Shown here: positions 47,795 through 60,991 of the stretch, piece by piece
How the letters are laid out: every line of letters starts with the position of its first letter
Position numbering within the stretch: the stretch's first letter is position 1
Assembly (NCBI GenBank): GCA_047495785.1
Contig: JBLDXI010000010.1
Coordinates: 1,426,001-1,490,000, forward strand
DNA: 64,000 nt
Reading direction: 5' to 3'
DNA from: Lepidodermella squamata
Taxonomy: Eukaryota; Animalia; Gastrotricha
Position numbers and translations under genes: made by a program
Notes under the pieces: generated by a model
The model's database searches: none
What the model was told of the DNA's origin: nothing
Seen by the model: only the letters and a program-made list of their open reading frames with translations

Positions 47795-50700
47795 TTAGGA
47801 TGACTCAAACTCCGGAATGTCCATGCCAGCTTCAACATGACCGATATCTTTCTTCTCATGTGGAGCTCCAGTTGCTGGTCTATCAAGGCTTAACGGGTTC
47901 CGTACTAGTAGATCCGACTGCTGGGCATTGAAAAACCCTGCACTAGCAAGTTGCCGCTCTTCCGTCTTCCTCTCCAACTCCTCCATGAATCTATCAGTGG
48001 AGTACTTGTTGCGCAATTTAGCTCGCAGCTGATGAAGTTGTGCAACCCGGCTTCTGTCCCTGAGCCATTTTGTGAAATGTCCAAAATTATGTCGAAATCG
48101 TCTGATATCTCTTGATAGTGTCATATAATCGAGGCATACAACAATGCCTAGGAAGAAGCCGAGGATTGATAGGACTGTCGAGGCTGTGGCTACCGCTGTA
48201 TCAGATTCGTAAGCAACAACTTTCACTGGCTTGGGCGCGGTTAGAAGGGCGTTTCTTGAGCATGCAAGTTCTTGTTTGTCCCACGTGGCATTCTCGTTGC
48301 ATCGCCAATATGCATATTGGTATGTTTGATTTTTGTTTGGTTCGTAACCTTGATTCCAGTCACACTCGAAAGCAACGATCTGGTCGTAGAGAATAGTTGC
48401 TACCTCAGAACTTGAGTTCATTATTCGATAGTTTGCAATTTCAAAGCTTTGTGGCATATCACAGCTTACAACTGAAAATAATGAAAAAACATTAAGATCA
48501 GAACATCAATCATCTCATGAAATAACTTACAAAGACATGCCAGTTGGTTGGTCGACCAATATCCAGAATCCAAACACGTATTGACGACTTGACTTAGAGG
48601 TGTGTTTTCCGTACCAGGCTCTATGTACAAGCTGTTAGCGCCTTTGCTACATTTCATGGTGTAAGATTCGCCAAAAAAGTAGGTTCCATCTTTCAAATCA
48701 GTTATGTATGCATTTTCTTCCTCTGTCGGTTTCGAACATGTTACAACTGCAGGAGAAAGTTACAATAATAATATATTGAAACTGAAAACACTCAAAAAGC
48801 TTTACCCGAGCAAACCGGTTGCCCTACGGGCGTCCACGTACCGTTCGATTGACAGGTTTTCACAAACAGTTCCAAACTAGAATCTGTCTTGTAACCTTGC
48901 CTGCAGCTGTAAGAAGCGATACCGCCCGTTTGATTCGCAGAGACATTATAAAATGAGTTAATTCCGTCGATTACAGCCTTGCACGGGGGAACTGTAAAGT
49001 TTATAATAATAAATAATGTTGCTGAATAAAGAGAAAAAACGGTAGCTTACGAAGGCAAGAAGCTTTACCGTCAACCCAACTCCAACCAGTTGAACCAGTG
49101 AAGGTGCATTCCATGAGTCCCGTTGTCGAGCCAGTCATATTATAACCAGCATTGCAGATGTATTTGACTCGATCTCCCTTCTGGTAGTAATCTAGGCTGG
49201 TTGAGTTTACGAAATAAGCTTGTGCTAGAGATGGAGGGTTCGGACAGGCAGCAGCTAAACACGTAGGATAATTGCTATTGATCCGGAGCCAGTTGCCAGT
49301 GGCTGCATTCGGCGTGAATGGATCGCATACATGCATCCCAGTATCAGCGGCCAATTTAGCTGTGAAACCCTTCTTGCATAACATCAACGCTGTTTGCATG
49401 AAACCAGCATTGCCATTGAATGATTTCAAAGGCGGAGCTGATAGGGACCATTCAGCATTGGCAGGTAAAGTTACTCCTTCGGGAACAGCTGAGCAGTTGT
49501 TGAGAGGATTCAATCGTCTTCCGCACGTGTAAGCACATACGACCGTTGCCTCCATTTCAGTTTCACAGGCGCCAGTAGCAGCCCAATCTCCACACGTGCA
49601 GTTCTGGTCAACAGGCAAACCGGGGTCGACATTGCATTCACAAGTGGCCCATTTTGTGCATGTACCCTGGCAGGCGATCCACATGAAACCGGGATTAGAC
49701 ATGCAACTGCCCTGATCCTTCCACGTTTGACACATCGGGCCAACATCTTTTCGAGGGGACAGGCAAAGTGTGGTATTAGTTGATCGAGTGCAAACATTTG
49801 AGCCTGTACACACTGAGCCTGTCGAGCATGCCGGGACACATCGAACTAATAAAAACGTAGACATACAACAAGTTTAAGGAATCACCCGTAACTCACATTG
49901 TGAACAATCATCACCAGTATAGAGATCTGTGCAATTGCATTTGTCTGGAGCTATGCAAACGCCATCATTTTTGCATTGGTAGGTGCAAATAGCTGAAAAA
50001 GTATTAAAATCGATAGGTATCGAAATGGAAAACGGAATGCTGAAACAGGAAAGAGAGGAGACACAGTATGGCTTCAAAAGCCATGAAAGACAACACTAAG
50101 TCTATAATGGTGCTTGAGTCGGTAGCAGAATGAATAACCCTTGTCCACTCAAAGTCGCTAATGCCTCATAGCTCCTCCAGTGTCCCATTTGTTCTACTAT
50201 TCCTCAATATTACATTTATTCATCTTTTGTAGCTTACGTGTCGTGCAAGATGTTCCACTCCAGCCGGAAGCGCAAGTACAAGTTTTGTCAGCATTACAGG
50301 TCGCGCCATTCGCGCAATTAGGGTTGCAAATAGCTGAAACAATCATTACAGTCAATGCAAGAGCAAAGAAACGGAAAATTACATGTATCACAGGTTGATC
50401 CGGTCCATATGTTCGTGCAGTTGCATTTGTCAGGGGCAGCGCAAGTACCACCGTTTTTACATGGAATAGAACAAATTGCTAAAAAAAATTAAAATAATTA
50501 TTCAATACATTGGTTATTTTTATTTTTCAGAAGATTACGCGTTGCGCATGAGGGACCCGTCCAGCCTGAAGCACACGTGCACTTGTTGCCAGTATTGCAC
50601 GTACCACCATTCGAACATGATGGGTTACATAGGGCTGAAAAAGGCCCAGAATGAAGATAATTGAGCTTAGTTAATTTATGTTTGCTATATACAGTGAAAA

Positions 50701-53700
50701 TCAAAAGTTACGCACAGTCAGGAATTTGTTGAGTTAAAAATAAAAATATCTAACACACTCCTGAACTATTTTTAGCTACAAGCTTGCCCAAAAATCAGCT
50801 AAAAAAAAGTGTAAATCGGACAGACCAAGAAGTTTTAATAGTTGGAAAAATATGAATATTCATAAGGTGCTACTTAATATTCCGAAGCCCTCCGAAGTTG
50901 ATAACTATGTCAAAAAAATTCCGGACAATTATTTTTGATTAGCGGACACCTCATTCCAACTGCTCAAATTTTTCTGCAACTTATGGCACTTAAATAAGAA
51001 TGTCGCAGTTTCATGACATCTCATGAACATATTCAAATTATTGAAACTATCCTCATTTCCTCGGAGCTATTTTTGGAGCTCGTGAGTAAGGCGTCGTTTT
51101 GGTCCGTTTTGCAGGAGATAAACAACCTCATTTCGCACGTGCCAACAATTTCAACTTGTGTCGCCTCAATCCCACCGTGCGGATCTTTTGATTGTCACTG
51201 TATGCTACCCAGATTCATTTTTTATTCATTTTATTAGCACTGGAAAAGTATTTGGATCTAAGCAGTCATAGAGCGAAGAAGGACCGCGGAACTTTTACGG
51301 ATTACAAAAATCGACATGAAGGTCCCCCATTTAGTCTTTCGCTGAGCTCACCGTACGGGCCGTTGGAACTGGTATAGGGATGATCCCTACCAACCCTAGT
51401 GATACCTCGCTCTCTGCTAAGCAGCTTTATAAGAATACAGCCCAGATATTTATTGCTATTAGAGAACTTCCACCGTGGATAAAAATATGAAAGTTGTTCT
51501 CGAGACCTTGAAATTGGAAATTGTTTTTAAAGCTCACCTGTAGTGCAAGCTGATCCGCTCCAGCTCGAAGTACAGGTGCAAGTTTTGTCAGAATTGCATG
51601 TGCCGCCATTCGCACATACAGGGCTGCAAATAGCTGAAGACAAGCAATCATTGTTAGGAATCAATGCTAGAGCAAGGAATTTAAAAAATACATGTATCAC
51701 AGGTTGATCCGGTCCATATGTTCGTGCAGTTGCATTTGTCAGGGGCAGCGCAAGTACCACCGTTTTTACAAGGAATAGTACAAATTGCTGAAACAAAATG
51801 TTTCAAACTGCGGATTGATCACGGATTGATTTCAAAAGATTACGCGATAAGCAAGCCGTTCCTGTCCAGCCTGAGGCACACGTGCACGTGCCAGCATTGC
51901 ACGTACCACCATTCGCGCATACGGGGTTGCATACGGCTGAAAAAGCAAATTGACAGTCATGGTGACAGAGGAAAACCAGCGTGTAATCAAATTTGTATTT
52001 TCACTGCTACTCTTGCCTTGATACTGGACTCGGCATAGTAAAACCGACGTTTTTGTGCTTTTTCACTTGAATAAATTCGTGGTGTTCATAATTAAAGATC
52101 TTTTCTCTGTGAGGAAGGTAAATGCTTCCTACGATGAAGGGTAAAATCTTGCCAATTGCATACTTCCCAATAGCAACTCATTCGGATAGTTACATTAGCC
52201 TATCAATAGAGGCCTACCTGATGTGCAGGCAGATCCACTCCAACCCGACGCACAAGTGCAAGTTTTGTCAGCATTGCAAGTGCCGCCATTCGCACATACA
52301 GGGCTGCAAATAGCTGAAGACAAGCAATCATTGTTAGGAATCAATACGAGAGCAAGGGATTTAAAAAATACATGTATCACATGTTGATCCGGTCCATATA
52401 TCCGTACAATTGCACTTGTCAGGAGCAATACACGTGCCACCGTTTTTACATGAAGTAGTGCAAATTGCTAGAAAATAGCATGATATTATATTGGCTTTCG
52501 GGTAGTTCGAGTAATTACGTGTTGCGCAGGAGGGACCCGTCCAACCAGAAGCACACGTGCACTTGTTGCCAGTATTGCATGTACCGCCATTCGCACAGGC
52601 AGGGTTACACACAGCTGTTAATAACAGAATTATTGCCAAGTCTAAGAGGAAAAAAGTGGGTTATACGTATGGTGCACGTAGTTCCCGTCCATTGCTCTGT
52701 GCAATTACAGATGTTCGAGCCAATACAAGTACCGCCATTTAGACACGGACTTGATGTGCACGAAACAGCGAAGTATCTGCACATATTTCGAACTTGCATC
52801 AGGCTGGATGCGTTCAGGGCGGCTGTGTGAATTGACGTACAGCCCATGTTGAAATTCGCCAGGTACGTAGTGTCACCATATCGACGGCCAATGATCATCG
52901 AATATCTTGCGGCTGGAGCCGGGCTCGTCGCTTTCCATCCGACGAATGTCGAGTTGCAGAAGATACTGAGATTTCCGGTGGCTTTGTCAAACGTAACAGC
53001 GATAAACTGATAGCCAGGTGTGAGCAAACAGTCAACTCTGAAACCAGCCGTATTTCCGACACCGTTCATAGGGTTAAACCATAATTTATCGGCAACGTCA
53101 TGCATCCACAAGTGCATCAGAGGACTCGTGTCACTGTCAGTTAACTCATAAATTGGTTGAACCGACGTTGATACGATTCTTATCAGTGTTGTAATTGTGA
53201 ATGATTGCCCATCCAACAAGTTCAGCAGGCTGTTTCGTATAGTCACGAATTGCGGAGTTGAGCCTTGAACCTGCAACGCACAGGTCGTGCAGTACGCGCC
53301 TCCAATATGAACCGGGCGAGTATTCGGTTCTCCATCGATACGGTTTACCCAGGCATCTGTCGTTCCGAACTCTTGCGTGAAAGGCCAGTAGGCCAGAAGC
53401 CCCGGTAACTCGGACAGTTTCGCTGTTATCACATCCCTGTAAAACATTTGCACAGCTACCGGCAATTCTGTTGAGATCAATCATTAATGAGAACGTCAAG
53501 TCTACCTGTGTTGCAATTAGCTCCCGTCCACCCTGCTTGGCATTTACATTTATTGAACCCCACGCAGGTCCCACTATTCTTGCATAGCGATGTTGCACAT
53601 TTCACTAATTATGGGTAATAAGAGGTTAATTTCCTGAATCTTTTACTAAAAAACCTGAGAATAGCGCACATGTATCCTTGACTTTGAGAATTTCGGTTAC

Positions 53701-56700
53701 GTTCAACGCCGAGGAGTGAACTGAAGCACAAGCAATGCTTCCGTCGAAGTTAGCCCCGGTGGGATCGCCATTGCTGGAAGGAGAAACAATTTAGAACAAT
53801 AAGAAAAGCTCGCAGTTTCTCACCTGAAGCCTAGGTTCAATTTCGAAGATGTCATTGGTGCTGATGATACTTGATAAGTGGTACCGGGGAATTCATCGCA
53901 AAAGTGCCTGACGGTTTTCGACGGGCCATCATAACTCACAGCGATGAAAACCCAGCTAAAAGGCGAAGTTCCGAACGAGCAAGTGTTTGCTGTGCCTGAA
54001 TCAACTTTGAGCGTGTTAGCAGCCGAGTAAAGCCACCGCATCCCGTAGTAGCCGCTACCAACGGTGCTATTCAACGGATTGACATACTCGAAAATGGCCC
54101 TGAAAATCCGGTCATTTTGTAAAAATCAGCCTGGCTCCTAAAGACTACCTCATTATAGATGCTGTAGGAACGACGAAAGCAGTGAAAGTCCAAGATGAAG
54201 AGCCGAAGTTCAAGGCAGCGTTGTCGAAACCAAGGTAGAGCTTAGGATTGCCAGTACCGAATTGTATACCAGTGTCGGGTAAACCGAAAGGACCAGTCGA
54301 ATACGTTAATAAATTGCTTGCAACTCCGTTAATTGTATTCAAGAAGTCTTTAGCTTGATATTGGTAATTTAGAGGCCAGTAAGCTACCAAATCTGTTAAA
54401 TTTCCGATCCAGTTTTTCACGTATGCGTTATCCGTCGGCACTGTAAATCGATTTCCTTGAATACTCTTTAGGATAGAAAGATGGATTGCCACTCACAAGC
54501 ATCACATAGCCGGCCTTCATACGGCGCCACGCAGTTACAACTGTTGTATCCCGAACACGTTCCACCATTAGCACAATTATTTGGGCATGATTCTCACGTA
54601 AGAATTACCGATATTTTAGCAGAAAGATTGAGAAAGCAATGCATACCTGAGAAGCTTTTGCATAAGTCTTTGACATCAAGCAATTGGTCTGTGGTCAAAG
54701 ATGAGCTGAAGACTGATAAACAAGCGATTTTCGCAGAAATGACTTGGCCACCGAAACTCCTATACAAAAAAGGCCATTCAAATTTATGATTGGGTATAAT
54801 TTCTCACCTGCAACCGAGGCAGACAAAGCTCGTTGTTAAAGGAAAGGATGAGTATGTATCGATGGCCTTATAGGCGTCCCCACAGAAAACCTTGCCCTGT
54901 CTTTGCATGTGATCGTATGAGTAGCCAACATACTGCCAGTTTTGAACCATCGGGCATGGAGGATTTTGTACAGCAACTATGGCGTTAGCCCAAAATGCGT
55001 TGTAAGTGCCGAAGTGCCAAAGATGTGTATAGATCCCGCCGCTGCTGTTACTCCATTCAAAGAGCGGCCCTGCATTGCCATCCACCAGATAAACCCAAAA
55101 GGATACAGTGAAAGATGAATTTCCGAAATTCAGCTGGCTGTTGTTGAATACAGCATATTTGTTCTGCGGCGTGCTAATACCGATTTCGACGGCTGTGCTC
55201 CCAACTCCATATGGTCCAGACGTGAAATTGTGGACCGTGTTCGACGGTGTTGGACTGACCTTGGTGCCAGGACTGATATCATTGTAGCCATACTTGTAAT
55301 TCAGTGGTAGATATGCTATCAGAGATGGATAGCTTGCTAATTCCGATGAGACATAATCGTCGACATCAACTATACATTGAGATAGAGTATCACGTCAGAG
55401 TTTGGCATTCCAAGAATTTACTCGAAGAGCACAGATCGCCAGAATAAGGCGGATTGCATTTGCAGACGTTGAAGCCAACGCACGTGCCACCGTTCGCACA
55501 ACTTACAGGGCAGTAAACTATAATAGATAACCGTTACTAATAGTTTGAGAGTTAATATAAGTACCTGAGAACATCCTACAGGCATTGCGGACTTGCAGCA
55601 ATTCGTCAACCGTTAGGGCTTTTGAGTGATAGGTAGCACATGACATGTATGTGTCGCTGACTACTTCTGGCTGTGCGGTGCCACTTGACGTCCAGGGAGG
55701 TCTATTTTTCAATAATTGAAGATATCAACGATCTAAATATGACACTAATGAATTACCTGTTTCCCAGCTTCAGGACATTAGATGTAGATGGGGGCTTCAC
55801 GCGCGTTCGTGCCGGTCCTGCCCAAGTCCATCCGCAAAAATGGCGCATTGAGTAAGAAGTACCAGCAACGTCGACGACGATGGCAACAAATTGCCATTGT
55901 AGATAGGAGACGCAATCGTCTTCAAAGTTATCTCCCGGAGGGTTCAACGCATGAAAATACAATTTACTAGTCGTATGTGTGACTTGGTAAAAACAAGCGC
56001 CCTGATCGCCACGAACTGGGTTATCAAGCGATGCGTTAACGAACTGAAATATCGGAAGATCAGGCGTGCTCCGAAAATTGACAAACGCTGTGAACGTCCA
56101 GGTTCCGGAGCCACGCGATAGGAGATTCGAATATATCGTCATGTAAGAGTTGGCCTTGAAATAAGCTGCAGAATTAGGCGCTAAGAATGGCCCGGTAACA
56201 TAATTTGCAGACGGGAATGGGTTAGGCGTCGAAACAGCATCAAGCCTATTCGGCCCAGCATCCAATCGCCCGTAACTATTCGAAAGGGGCCAGTAAGCAA
56301 CCAAGGCAGGAAGCTTTGCAAGCTCAGCCGTGATGAATGCTGAATCTATCGCAGCAGTATAGGCTAAAGAAAAACAAAGGGTTATTCTTAAGTTGATGAT
56401 TGATGTGATAAGATCCAACTAGTTGTGCATAGACCGCCGTAGTAAGTAGTCGGGCACTTGCAGATGTCCTTGCCTATGCATGTCCCGCTGTTAGAACACG
56501 ACGGTGAACAGACTCCTGAGGAAAAGTACGTGCTGAACCAAGTTCTACTTACGGTGACTAAATTACCAGTGAAAGATGTACATGCAAACTGATGGAGCTG
56601 TAATTTGTCCAGGGATAATGCTTCGGAGTAGAAGGCGCCGCACATAGCTTTATAGTCAGCAGTTGTGACCGGACTCGGCGTGTCCCTTAAAGATGATTGA

Positions 56701-57909
56701 AACAAGAAATCAAGATCTTCGATTTTTCATGGGTGATGACTCTTAAGAATGGTAAATGCCCACAACGGAAAATGCATCCATTTTGCTTCGCCATCCCCAG
56801 AATGTTTTGTGCCGTGTCGGAATTCTCCGAAGACAAAATGTCACAATAAAATCCATGAACTTCTATAGCCCAATTTCGCGCTTCTGCAAGAGAGTTTATT
56901 GATAATGCTGTTAATAATTTGAAGTATTGGGAAAAACAGGATTAGGGCCAGGATAAGTTTCTTAGCTCTAAGCCACTCCGTAAAGTTAGCTGGCAACTAT
57001 TCCCAACACCCTCTCTCATATCAAAAGGAGCGCGCATTTCGGTCATTAATTAACCTAATTAACCTAATCCACTTCATTCGTGTTACACGAAAATACGCCA
57101 AACGCCAAACCATCCAGTGGCTGTAAATGAAAATCATGACCACCTTTCAAACGTGCGATGCTTCTGCTAAACACGAAGCGAAATAGCCATCCCACACGAA
57201 AAACAACTATCGTTTCCTTGAGAAACTAGAAGGTAAGAACTAGAATCCTAATCAGGTGGATAAAATCAGACATCTGTGGACGAATAACCAACCTGTATGC
57301 AATGTAAACTTTGTTCGTCGTGACAATTCGAGAGGCTGGGTACGGCATAACAGTTACAGGCGCGAAAGCGCCATTGCAGTACAGGCGGAGCGTGCCAGCA
57401 TAAGCGTCGTAAACAATAGCTATTAGCTTAAGCCCGCCAATGTTACAGGGTAAAATCATCCATTCCGAACCAGGTAGACCATTCACCCCAATGATGTTAC
57501 TGCCCGTTTGCCAGACGTAGAAACCGTTGGCAGTTCCAACAGGTGGATCGTCGTATTCCATTATTGGCATGACAGCTCTGCTATTGGTGTTAATTACCTG
57601 GGCGTAGGTCCATGACGTAGCTCCGAAGTTCAATTGTGCGTCTGATATCGTGATGTAGCGGCCGCCGGCTGCGTTGTACGATCCGGAAGATTCACCGCTG
57701 TACCCGTTGGCATAACTACTCGACGCCGTGTTCGAAAGTACGCTATTCAACTTATTTGTCGTTTTCGCATCATTACCAGCGTATGAACTGCTCCACGGCC
57801 AATAAGCCACACAACTTTCGAGGGAAACCAACGCAGCGAACGCTAGATCAGTATCCCCATTGACTCGAGACAGAAGGCAGAAAAGGGTTCCAAAAATCAG
57901 GAACCTCAT
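47795..57909 (-). CDS. Paralog F, complete, divergent receptor with a 10-EGF stalk
   Basis: ATG at 57909 ([18 protein letters not shown]). Exon 1 57909-57293, exon 2 from 56685, LamG-like/EGF exons through about 52667, ten EGF exons in 52614-49896, ShKT/Sushi exon about 49845-49051, Sushi exons about 48991-48806 and 48747-48531, last exon about 48472-47795 ([17 protein letters not shown]). Confidence 0.87.
50692..51200. mobile_element. Tc1/mariner-type MITE, 509 bp, in an intron of paralog F
   Basis: TIRs CAGTGAAAATCAAAAGTTACGCAC versus CAGTGACAATCAAAAGATCCGCAC (reverse complement of the right end), flanked by TA at 50690-50691 and 51201-51202. Confidence 0.85.
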
Positions 57910-59327
57910 ATTTTGTGGAAAATACGTTCTTCTTACAGCTGAATGTTATAGCGAGAAACTAATTATTTGACGTTGCCTCTCTAGGCAGTCCTCATTAATG
58001 ATTTGTATGCCTGCTTGAGCGTACGACGCAAAGGCAAAGGTTCGACTTGGTTTACTAGGTCTTTTCTCGCTTTTCATTGCTGCTGCGCATTTGAAAGGAA
58101 CTATTGTCTATTCACTATTCTATATTTAGCTACAAGAATTACGATCTATTCCAACAAAAAAACGTATGTGTCGGGGAAAGTCGGGCATCTCCTTTCTAAC
58201 ACTAAGCGACGATCACCTCGTGCGAAAGAAATATTCCGTCTCAGCAATCACATTTGCATTATTCATGCACAAGTCGGTCGATAAATATGAAAAGCTGCTT
58301 GTAAGATTAAAAACCAGACACTGTGCGCCTTTCGCATTAATTTTTAATCTAGCCCTTACGCGCGCACGCGTGGTTCGTAACAGTACTTGAAGAAAGCCGA
58401 GCTGTTGAAGTTGAATCATCAACTTGACAACGGTAACGGTCTTTAGTACCCGACATCATTATACAGACCAATGATGAAGACAACATCAGGAGGCTTTGAC
58501 AAACGGGCCTGGTTGGCCATTTCTGATTAATAGTCTCCAGTGAGTAAAAGCTCCGCTGATTACGTGAGACTGTGTTTCAGTTGGCTTCAGAGCGTGAACG
58601 TTTATTTAGAATTGATGAATGGGCAAATTCCGCTGATACCGACTTTGTACGCGTTTACTTTTTCAAAGGGCATTCCCTTAAAACTATTGCTCGTCTGCCC
58701 AAGATCGCTGCAAAGCAGGCTCAAATTCTCAGGAGAGGCCTAGCCTTGCTCTATAACTCGGTATTTACGGTAAATCAGTTTCCTCGTTCGATTTCTCTTA
58801 GGAAAAACCTAAGAACACCACCATGGAAGCCTGCGCTTAACCCCACTTTAACCTCTGGATCTTGACGTCGGCTTTGACCTCACGTCGAAATATGATTGGT
58901 TTAACACATTTTCCATGTTGCGGATATTTTACAGCAACATTTTAATGCATCTCTTGGTAATGAAAATTTACCGGATGTTTTTACCGAGGCCTGGAAAAGT
59001 CGAAATACAGAGGGCGAAACTTGGACAATAAAATGCCAATATCTTTCATTTTGAGTAAAAACATTGGCATAAGCTTGTTTTCTTCCCAAATAGGCAATTT
59101 TGCTTCTCTATTATACGATTTCTTCCGCTTCGGTATTCGGTATACAGTAGCTGCGCAATGAGTTTTAACCGAGCTGTATGCGACTTTTTAACCGACGAAA
59201 TTTAACCTAACCTATGATGAAATTAAGCAGAAGGAAGCAAAGACCACAAGCAACGAGCGCATTAGCGTGGCCGGAAACATGCGATCCACTTTGCATAAAA
59301 ATCCCTAAATTATATTGAAAAACAAAC

Positions 59328-59944
59328 CTGTATGCAATGTAAACTTTGTTAGTCGTGACAATTCGAGAGGCTGGGTACGGCATAACAGTTACAGGCGCGA
59401 AGGCGCCATTGCAGTACAGGCGGAGAGTGCCAGCATAAGCGTCGTAAACAATTGCGACAAGCCGAGGCGCGCCAATGTCACAAGCGTAGATCATCCATTC
59501 ACTGCCTGGTTGTCCATTTACGCCAATAATGTTACTGCCCGTTTGCCAGACGTAGAAACCGTTGACAGTTCCAACAGGTGGATCGTCGTATTCCATTATT
59601 GGCATGACAGCTCTGCTATTGGTGTCAATTACCTGGGCGTACGTCCATGACGTAGCTCCGAAGTTCAATTGTGCGTCTGTTATCGTGATGTAGCGGCCCC
59701 CCGCTGCGTTGTACGATCCGGAAGATTCACCGCTGTACCCGTTGTCATAACTACCCGACGCCGTGTTCGAAAGTACGCTATTCAACTTATTTGTCGTTTT
59801 CGCATCATTACCAGCGTATGAACTGCTCCACAGCCAATAAGCAACACAACTTTCGAGGGAAACCAACGCAGCGAACGCTAGATCAGCATCCCCATTGACT
59901 CGAGACAGAAGGCAAAACAGGGTTCCAAAAAGCAACAGCATCAT
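59328..59944 (-). other. Duplicate of paralog F exon 1 (signal peptide + LamG1): alternative first exon or orphan
   Basis: 617 nt, the same length and splice phase as 57909-57293. Open frame from ATG, GT donor at 59327-59326, nearly identical protein except a few changes including YWP to YWL. No exon 2 of its own. Confidence 0.8.
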
Positions 59945-60991
59945 TTTCGCGGTGAATGTTTTATTTCAACTGAATGCGCTGATAAGGAGTAGCGTTACCT
60001 CCCTACTGTGAGCAACTGTCATAAATCATACTAAGTCAGTTCGCACGATAACCCATTTATGGTACGTGACGTTATTTACCTCAAGCCTTATGCAGTCATT
60101 TAAAATGCAAGGACCTCTAAAATGTCTGCTGTGGGATCGATTTTTTCTATCATCGGTTTTATGTTTTGCTGCCACGTGGTTGATAAGAACCAATTATATT
60201 TATGCCAAACTAAACATGTCCATAGCAAACATGTCGGCTCCTTTATAACGCACGTGGAAGAAGTTCACTTAAAAATAGCAGTCTCCGTTGGATACGAATG
60301 TCATTTCATCGAGTAAAATTTTCCCACAAGCAGGAATAATTCCCAATGCTTCAATTCTTTTCAAGGTAAGAAAAAACCTGACACTGCGCGGCAGGTACAT
60401 TAATTTTTAAGGCTAGCCCTGGCCTGCGCAATCGAGCGTCGCTAAAAACGAAGAAAGGAAACCCTAGAGCTTAATCATAAGCTATGAAAAAACGAAGGAC
60501 TGTATGTGGCCTCCCATTGAGAGCATTTATGACCTGCGGGTAGAGAAAATTTTATTTTAACAGGTATATTTGCTGGGCAACAGATTGAGCACTTGTTGCA
60601 AATTCAAACCGAAATTCGTGTCATCATCGGATCAAAGGTCATCATTTCTACCGCGTGTACCCTGTGCATCGTTGTTTTCACCTTTAAATTTCAATTGCAG
60701 TTCAAATCGTACGCTGTGATGACGATAGATTAATTAGCTATGCCTTCCATCATTTAATTCAAGCATACATAAACCTCACAGCCAAGGGCAATCCAAAACT
60801 TGTTCAGTTTAATTCATCTTCCCGAGTAGAAATAAATACCAGTGTCTGTGTGAGCCGATTAATACTTCACAAAAACGGGAGAAACCTGTCAAACTTTTAA
60901 TAAATCAGCGATGACATATTTACAAAGCATGTCAATAGTAGAGTAAGAGTAAGAAATCAATCCCTAATCTTAACAGTATGTGAAATATCGG

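Noticed and set aside
58003-59089. Cluster of short ORFs between the two F first exons
   Set aside because: Short, on both strands, with no recognisable motifs or family homology; treated as non-coding.
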